A stretch of DNA of 55,186 nucleotides, the filler included, from Jimgerdemannia flammicorona (Eukaryota): the NCBI GenBank assembly GCA_003990765.1. It is 3 parts of 3 records of this genome, joined end to end, with 100 filler letters (N's around TTAATTAATTAA, not from the genome) between each part and the next. Parts side by side here need not be neighbours in the genome. Positions count along the whole stretch, not along the records: positions 36,861 to 55,186 come from RBNJ01002238.1; 2 more parts are not named here. The stretch is one strand, 5' to 3'. Of this stretch, positions 46,445-55,186 are shown in pieces; within the stretch, counting starts at the first letter, position 1; the number at the start of each line of letters is the position of its first letter. The notes under the pieces were generated by a model. It worked only from the letters and a program-made list of their open reading frames with translations. It searched no databases and was not told the DNA's origin. The position numbers and the translations under genes were made by a program.

Positions 46445-49400
46445 TGTAACAATTTCACAGTTATATTTAGTCATAGTATATTTTTACATCTTTTAGTTAG
46501 TCTTTTCTTATCATTTCTTGAACATTCTACTATATTCTGCCACCTTCTACTTGCTTAGAAACCTTCTCTCAGTATCTAGACACTACTAGAATATTCTTAT
46601 CTTTCCTTGGCACTAAGCTTCTTATCTTAGCTAGTTATAGAACCTTTTGGAATTTCTCTTTCTTTCCAAGATCCTTCTAGATCTTTCTTTTAGATTATAT
46701 ATAAATATCCTTATTCTCTACTTGAATAAAGCTCAGAATATTTTCTTTCAGAAATCTTTCAAGAACATTTGAATCTTTAAGTATCTCTTTGAGCTACTTT
46801 AGATCAACCAGAACTTCCAGATTTAGCTACTTCCTCTTAAAGAAACTAGAACTATTATACTTAGTAGCAATAGTGTTGTTATATCTTGTCTTATTAAGAA
46901 ATCTTACATGAATTCAGAAACCAGTCACAACTAGTCACATGAATCCAAAATGAGTCACAAAGAGTCAGTCTATCAGCCAGACCTCTCTGGAGAAGCAGGA
47001 GAACTACAAGTCAATATAGAGAATATGATCAATACTATGGTCCACCAAATCTAAGAACTTCAAGTATATCACATTCTGCTATAGTACCAGTCAGTTTCAA
47101 GTCACTCAAGTCAGATATCTTTGATAGCTATTGAGGAGGACTATCTACAGATGCATGGACCTTCTAGTTGGACCAATACTTTGAGCTTACAAGAATGGAA
47201 GAAGACATATAAGTTCAATTTGCTGCCATACTCCTCTGAGAAAATACAGCCATCTGGTGATATAATCATATTATAGTTATATCTATATACTCATATACAT
47301 GAATCAGAGACTGGAAAGCTTTCAAGAGAGCTCTTCACAAGTAGTTTAAACCTGCTAATGCTATCAAGCTAGCCAGAGACAAGCTAACAAATATCAAGCA
47401 ACTCAAGTCTATGCAAAGCTATAATATACAATTTCTGTCAATCTTACTTAAGCTACCAGCAATATCTGAGGATGAAAAGATGGACTGCTATGTCCAAGGT
47501 CTGAAGGGAAATACACAAGTCAAGGTTGAGCTAGAAGAGCCCAAGAATCTTGATGAAGCCATGAGAATTACTAATAGGTTTGATGTTATTATCTTTGGCA
47601 ACTGCTTTGAACCAGAACACTATAAGAAGAACTACTTTGAGAACTATCACAGAAACCAACCAAGGACAGTTGGCCTGGTACCAATGGACTTAAATACTAT
47701 AAATAAAAAGAACACCAAGCTCACCTCTGAAGAAAAGGACTACCTGAAGAAATCTGGAGTCTGTTTCTTCTATTGCCAAACAGGATATATTATAATCAAA
47801 TATTCTAAGAAGACTAGTGAACCCTCAAGACTAGTCACCATATTGTCCAAAGACACACCCATTAACTCCACTACTAGTCAACTTAAGCTCAAGATCAAGA
47901 AGCTTCACCTAAAGGCCCAGGTCCCTCAATATCAAACAGAAGGAGTCATTGATCTTAATCTACACTCAGTCAAACAAGTCATTATTTCAGCAAAGGGCTG
48001 AACTCTGATGTCTACTGGAATTGCAGTCCAATGTCCTAAAGGACATTATGCTAGAATTATATCATGATTAGGACTCAGTATCAAATATTATTTAGATATA
48101 GGTACTGGTATCAATGATCCAGACTTTCAAGAACAAGTCTAAGTTCTACTTGTCAACCAGAAGGATCAAGACTATACAGTTAAAGAAGGAGACTAAGTCA
48201 CACAAATGATCCTGGAAAAAGCCAGTTAACTCAAGATTATAGAAGTCCAAGAACTCCCTGAAACCAAACTAGATCAAAAAGGTTTTGGTAGCACCAATCA
48301 AGCAGCAAGTCTTACTGAAAATTGAGCTCAAGCCATGCTAATTTTCAAAGACCTAGTCAAGAGAAAAGAAGTTCAAGTACTCATAGACAGTAGAGCTACA
48401 GAGAACTTTATCAACTAGAACCTCATTGAAAATTTCAAGATTCTTACTAAGTCTGTACCCAAGAACAACAGCATAGTTACTGCAGATGGTACTCTACACC
48501 CCATCAAGTCAATTGTCACCAAACTACCTATCAAGATCCAGAAATATTGGGAATGAGTAGACATTGAGATTACACTACTAGGAGATCATGACCTGATTCT
48601 AGGAAAACCCTGGCTTATGAAACATAACCCAGATATTAATTGGTGCTAGAATAAAGTCACCTTACTTCAAGATGGAGCCAATATCACTATCAAGACAGAC
48701 AAGACCACAAGCAAGATACAGATTGCAACACTGTCAGCCATATAGTATAAGAGAGTACTCAAGAAGGCAATGCAAGCTTTTATTATAATAGTCTGTTCCA
48801 AGAAACAAGACAAGAGACTATCAGTCAATAAAAGTATCAAGCTACTACTAGAAGAATTCAAGGATGTCTTTCCAGATAAGCTACCTGGTTTACCACCTAT
48901 ACAAGAAGTTGATTATAAAATTGAACTGACCCCAGGAGCTGTACCATCCAAGAAACACATATACTACATAAATTAAAGCAGTCAAGAAGGAACTAGAAGT
49001 ACTACTTATATGAGGAGCCATTCAGCCAATCAAATATCCTTATGGCTCACCAGTCTTATTCATCAAGAAGAAGGATGGTACCCTGCAAATGTGTATAGAC
49101 TACCATATACTCAATAAGCTTACTATCAAGAACCACTATCTGCTACCCTTAATTGATCAAATCTTTGATGCTCTTAAGAATGCCAAGTACTTCACCAAGT
49201 TGGATCTTATGTCAGGATACCACTAGATCCGAATCAAGTCAGAAGATATCTCCAAGACTGCATTTATGACCTCTTTGGACTTTACAAATTCCTGATCTTA
49301 GCATTTGGTCTCACCAATACACCTACTACATTCCAGACCCTGATGAATAAGATATTTAAGAACAAACTGTTTATTCTTCTGTTGATATATCTTGATGACA

Positions 49401-50156
49401 TCCTGATCTTTAGTACAACTAAAGAAGAACACCTCAAACACATTCAAATAGTCCTGGAGATCCTGCAAAAATATAAGCTTTATGCTAAGCTCAAGAAGTG
49501 TGAATTCTTCAAGGAATAAGTTGAATATCTTGACCACATTGTCTCTGCTCAAAGAATTCAAGTAGACCCACACAAGATAGAAGTAATTGAAGAATGGTCT
49601 ATTCCATCAAACCTCACAGAACTCTGATCCTTCCTTGGTCTAGCTAACTACTACTGCTACTTTGTCAGAAACTTCTCTGGTATTGCTGAGCCACTGACTA
49701 ACCTCATAAGGAAGGCTCCATACTCAGACCACTATATACTCTACATCTGGCACCTCTTCTGTCAATAAGCCTTTCAAGAACTCAAGAACAGCCTGACTCA
49801 TACTCTAGTTCTATATAATGCAGATCAAGGTCTAAAATTCACAGTCACTACTAATACATCAAATTTTGCCATTGGAGCAGTCTTGTTATAAGATGATGGC
49901 AAAGGACATCATTCTATTGCTTTTGAGTCCTACAAGTTGACCCCAGCTGAACAAAAGCTAGCCATTCACAAGAAAAAACTACTGGCAATAATATATACAC
50001 TAGATCACTGGCAATATTATCTAGAAGATATTGAGTTTGATATTATTACTAACCATCAATCTCTTAAGTATATCAATACCTAATCCATACTGTCACATTT
50101 ATAAGCCAAGTAGAGTCTCAAGCTTCAAACCTTCAATCTAACAATCATCTACAAGC
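46445..50156 (+). mobile_element. Gypsy-D (decayed): 5' LTR ~46445-46859, gag, dUTPase, protease, RT, RNase H; cut by a LINE
   Basis: TGTAAC start and decayed PBS TAGTAGCA (~46862). Gag VPMDL and decayed knuckle, VLIDSRATENFI (~48377), [17 protein letters not shown] (~49388), FLGLANYY, RNase H FAIGAVL. Confidence 0.9.
47895..48297 (+). pseudogene. dUTPase domain between gag and protease of Gypsy-D
   Basis: VPQYQTEG..L.LHS, TGIAVQCPKGHYARI, G.NDPDFQ, GD*VTQMI, KGFGST. Confidence 0.85.
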
Positions 50157-53100
50157 CATCTTTCTCTGATACCATTCAGGTTACACAACTTTGGAAAGTA
50201 CTTAAAACATTGTTTTTAGAGTAAAGAGACTAACAATATGGCGACTGATAGGCAATCTGATGTGTATACTGGGCAGGGTGGCTTAAGCACTTTCAAATGG
50301 CAGCAGGTGGGGAGAGGCCCAGGCCTAGGGGGGGGCATGAGAGGGCTGCTGAAAGGTGGACAGGGAAGGGGTGGAGGTAGTGGTGGAGGCCAAGAGTCTG
50401 GGAGAGCAAGCTTTGCAGAGACAGTGAAAGAGAGGCAGCAGGCATTAGAGCTGGAGGGCTGGCTGGAGAAGGGCAAGGAGACTGAGAAGGTGGCAGTACA
50501 TGGGGGAGTAGCCCTTGGAAGTGGGGGCAGTGGAGCTGAGAGAGTAGCAGCTGGGGGGAGTGTGACTGCTGATGGCAACAAGACTGCTAATCTGGAAAAA
50601 AATCCAGATACGATAGCTGATGGAGCAGCTGAGTGGCAGGGACTTGGAAGACAAGAGGATTTGGTGGATGGTATGATAGGCCTGGTGGTGGCCCCATTAC
50701 TCAAAAAATCAATCTCGATATATGTGGTTACACTGTACTTCTGGAGCTTAGTAGTGACAGTGAAAATGATGCTAGAGCTTATCACTAAGCAGGTGGTAGG
50801 AGCCATATCAGTGAAGTTTTTGAAGAGACTGGAGGGAGTGGAGGTGGGTTTTGAGGAGGCTGAGCCACTGGAGGAGGTACTGAAGGTTGGATTGATAGTT
50901 GGGGAGACATGTGTTCTGATGGCACATTGTCTGAAATGGGATCCCAGGGTTGTTCAACTACTGGTGAAAAGAGTGCCCATAGTGACGGCAGTAGAGATGA
51001 GAAGAAGAGTTGAGGAAGTTATAGTGGAATATGGAGAGGTGGTAGACATCAGGTTCAGGGTCTGAGAAGAGACCTCACTCAGAACTGGTGATGTGGATGT
51101 GAGAATTTGGCTAGCTGGGAAAGAAGCTACTGGGAAGGCGAGGGACTGGCCTTTGGTGATGGTCTGGAGAGCAATCTTGTGCAAGGTGACAAGGGTGAAG
51201 GGAAGTGAGGAGGAGGAAGAGGATTTATTGGAAGCACTAGAAGAGTTGAGTGGTGCTATGGAGTGGTGAGTGAAGGCTTAGAAGGCTTTTGTGGAGTCAA
51301 TGTACTTGGAGGTAGTGGATGGCAAGTGGATTCGAGTGGACAAGGAGTAGTGGGAAAGAGCTCAGGGGTGTAAGAGACAGAAGGATCTGCTGGCTAAGCT
51401 GGAGGGCAGACCACTGGAGGATGTGAGCAAGTTGAAGAGTATGGGGGGGGCCAAAGTGAGTATCTGGGCTAGTGAGGGGGGTGGGAATGCCAGAAAGGAG
51501 ACAGGGGAGGATAAGGAGGTAACTGGTAATAACCTGTATGCTGATGGTACATTTGAGGTCTGAGAGGAGAACTGGGAGGGCTCCCCTACCTCTACTCCTC
51601 TTATCAGGTGAGGCCCAGCTTTCCAAAACAGGGTGGTGGAGGATGTGCCAATGTGGGGGGCCCAGCAGGTGAAATTTTGAGTTCTGGAGATAGCAAATAG
51701 AGGACAAGTGGTGGCAGCCAGAGAGGAGGAACTGGTGGATGTCCCAGAGGTATGGGATGAGTCTGCAAGTACTGGGGCTGACACTACAATACTGGATAGA
51801 GGGAGGCTGGTGACTTCAAGAGGGAAGGAGGTGGGGAACCTACTTTGGATGTACCAGGTGATGAACAATCTAGCAGCAGAAGAGTTGGGGGAGGTGGACT
51901 TGAGAGTGATGGGTGATGAGTATTGGGTGTGGATACTGTAGGGAGATGGAGTGATGAGGGCATTGAAGGCAGAAATTCTTGCAGTGTATCTGGAGGAGGA
52001 AGGGTATGAGATAGATAAGGAGTGAGAGGCAGAGCTGGCAATTGTTGCTGGGGAGAGGGCTGAATACTGCTGGAACAAGTATCATGGATTACAGCTCTGG
52101 CAGGAGATCTGCCTAAAGTACCAAGAGGAGTTTGAGGAGAAGGCAGATAGGGAGATGAATGAACTGTTGGCTGGATTAGAGGCTCAGAGGGTTGAAGAGA
52201 AGGAGGTGACTGCAGAACATAATCTGGATATGGTACAGGAGGAGGTGAATATGGAGCAGTAGGAATTGATTAATAATATAATGTATTTCATTATGAACAG
52301 TACAACCAACATTTTTTCTTTGAATGTGAATGGATTACAGGGCACTACTAGATGTAGGAATATTTTTACTTAGCTGAAGAGATTGGAGGCTGATCTCTTC
52401 CTCTTGTAGGATGTCAGGTATGAGAATGACTCTGATAGGATGGAATGAACAAAGGAATGGAGAGGTGTGGTGATTTGGAAGGGCAAGGTTAGGATTCTGG
52501 TTCAGAAAGGCAGAGGAGAGATAAGGAATATGAGGAGCTAGGGAGAGAGACTGGTCTGGGGTAAATGGATTTGTACAGGCTGGGAGCCAGTTATAGTTGA
52601 CTCCTGCTACTGCCCTGCTGTATAGAGTGAGTATATAGATTGGGTGAAGGGTCTCCTGGAGAGTGGGATCCTTGCAGAAGCTGGGGTAGATATACTTGGA
52701 GGAGATTTCAATATGGTTCAGGATATACTGATGGATAGAACAGATGGAAGATGGGATATTGAGAGCAAGAGTGGAGGGCTGGCAGTATGGGAGGCAGTAG
52801 AAAGACTAAGTGTACTGGTAGATACTGGTAGGGAGTGCTGGGGGAATAGGAGGGTTTATACTCATTGAACAGGGGGCCTGGGGACAAGGATCGACTGGAT
52901 TCTGATGGCCAGTTGCTGGGGCCTAGATGTTTGGAAGTCACTGGAGGTAGAATAGTGTCCATGGTCAGATCACTGGAGGCTTTTGGGATAGGAGCACTTT
53001 GGGGGGAGTGGGGATGGGCCTGGACATTAGTACCTAAATTCCTCTTTATTGGATGATAAGATCTGGTAGAATGTATGGGCTAAGAACATTCAGCTGAGGG

Positions 53101-55186
53101 TGGAGAACTGGTGGCAGGAGGGTGTCTCAGTTGGTGTTCAGTGGATGAGGATGAAAGAGATGGCCAAAATCTACTAGAGTGAGGCTGGCAAGGAGGTAGG
53201 GAAGCAGAGAAGACGAAGAGTGCATTGGGCTTCTCCTAGCTTAGCTAGACTCCTGGAGGAGTAGATGAGGCTGACAATGTTGGAGGAAGAAGAAGATTGG
53301 AGATTAATGAGGGCAAAGATGGAAGTTAGAGAACTACAAAAGGTGCTACAGGAAGAGGAAGAAGCAAGAGTACAAAGCTTAGCAGCATGACTTCATTGAC
53401 AGGATTTGGAGGAAGGGGAGAGGCCTTCCAAGTTTCTTATGAGAGCTCTTCAGACAAGAAGAGTACAGCAATAGTGGGAAGGGGTACTTGACTCTGATGG
53501 TGTACTAGTACATAATGTACAGAACATTCTTAGATCATTGAAGGAGTACTGGAGTAGATTGTGGAGTGAGAAGGAGGGTGGGGCAGATGCTGCTGCCATT
53601 GACCAAACATTAGAGGATTGGTACCCACCACTAGTCGAGAGGCTGGGTGACTTAGTGTTGCCAGTACAGGAGGATGAGATCCACCAGGTTCTTGCCATGA
53701 CAACACTAGGTATGGCACCTGGAGAAGATGGTCTGCCCTGGAACTTCTGGAAGTGAATGGTGGGAGTCTCAGGAGTGATGAGAGAGATGACTGTATTGTG
53801 TGATCTTATACTGCAGACAGGGAGTTGGGTGGGGGAACAGGATCTTGGGCTGGTAACACTGCTTTATAAGAACAAGGGAAGGCAAGAGGATTGGAAGAAC
53901 TGCCCTGAGTATGGTGGGAGAGCAGGGTGAATATTTGGGGGGAGGCCCTTTAAGGTTGGGGAGGTCACCATATCTCTCTAGTGGGGTGGGTGTCAATCCT
54001 GAATGTATATTGGTTCCCCAAGCTGTGGTATGTGGCTTATCATCTTGACTTCCCAGCATGGGTGGTGAAGCAGCTGATAAAGGTGGCTAGGGATTGGATT
54101 TGGGTAGGGAGGAGGTCCCAGGTTAGTTGGGATACTCTTGCAAGACCAGTAGTCAGGGGAGGTCTTGGCCTGGTGGACTTCTCTAAGAGGCTGCACTGCT
54201 TGCAAGCTTGGTGGTTGAAGAGAGCAGTAGAACTGCAGGGAAGAGGTTGGGTGCCTCTGCTACAGAAGGTATAGGAGATGCAAACATCCCCTCGAGGGTC
54301 CTCCGGAGATCTGCTCTCTTTGGTGAGATTAAATGGAATTCAGAGACTGCGGTTCAAGGGCTTTTGGTGGGAAGTGGCTGATGGAGCACACCAAATTGGC
54401 CTGTGCTGGTAAGGCAATGAGAGGGAGGAGGTATGGAGGCCTAATATGTGGCATTGGGATAGACTGCTCCTGAGGGGTGCTCCACTGGCTATGTTCGATA
54501 TTGGGGAGGGAGTGGAGTGTCAGCAGGGGCTTGGCCAGGATCTTTGGCCAAGTGGCTGGTAGGCAGCAGGGATCAGTGAGGAGTGGGATTGGGCAGGTAT
54601 CTGGTCTTGGAGTGCAGAGGTGCGGAGGTGGCTTTCTCCCAAGTTCTGGGTGGTATGGTGGAGAATGTTACAGAGGAATATCATACTGAATTTCCACATG
54701 GGGCATTTGGTAGAGAGTGGACAATTCGACTGTGAGGAGTGTTATGATGTTGGGCAAGCTGAGGGTTATATATAGATGCCAGAACATTGACTGAGAGAGT
54801 GTGAGGTTTTGGGGGAATTTTGGGCTGAAATAGGAGATAGACTGGGTGTGGAGAGGAGGCTGGAGAGGGAGGGAGGTCGCTGGGGGGACTTGAGATCTCG
54901 GCTTGTGGGTGGGGTGGGTGATAGTTGGCTCACTGTAGGGTGGGTATTAGCAGTATAGGTGGGACTGGCAGGACATTGGCTTTTTGTATTTAAGGAGGGG
55001 CAGTGGTTGGGGCTGTGAGAGAAGGTGTTAAGGTGGGAGGAGCTGTTGGGGGATCTGCTGACTGGATGGTGGGTGGGTTGGGGCCCTCAAGGGGGTCAAC
55101 ATCACAGTTTAGTGGTTAGGATCTGTGAGCAGAGTAGTGAGAGGGTGGCGATGGTGTTAGACAAAGTGGTCTTTCATCGAGAAGGG
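50157..55186 (+). mobile_element. L1/Tx1-like LINE copy C: ORF1 50238-52262, ORF2 from ~52293, RT core deleted near 53905, runs off the window
   Basis: IFSLNVNG, GGDFN, SDH, APGEDGLP, DWKN joined almost directly to YLG, then PKLWY, GGLG and a Cys/His finger near 54730-54805. Many stops. Confidence 0.92.

Overview
Eukaryotic, fungal-type scaffold (spliceosomal introns; an early-diverging fungus such as Mucoromycota is an inference only), consisting mostly of nested transposable elements, with two assembly gaps containing a TTAATTAATTAA linker. Host content: one intact-looking spliced gene (EDC4/Ge-1 decapping scaffold, minus strand, 5' end in a gap), a spliced gene of unknown function destroyed by LINE, LTR and Penelope insertions, and a frameshifted P-type ATPase fragment. 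TEs: four Ty3/Gypsy lineages (one chromovirus, two with dUTPase at different positions), solo LTRs with clear TSDs, an endonuclease-less Penelope-like element with 502-bp pLTRs, an internally deleted Ngaro (tyrosine recombinase) element with split direct repeats, several L1/Tx1-like LINE pieces, and hAT-like MITEs. Highlights: (1) two LTR families with no DNA similarity visible by eye each carry in U3 a promoter-like cluster plus an ORF, and the two proteins share a largely gap-free motif and acidic tails, suggesting an LTR-encoded accessory or transactivator family; (2) the Penelope-like element has no GIY-YIG domain, telomeric repeats or hammerhead core, joins two unrelated loci, and carries a hairpin module that looks designed to fold as single-stranded cDNA. 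All alignments and coordinates were done by eye.
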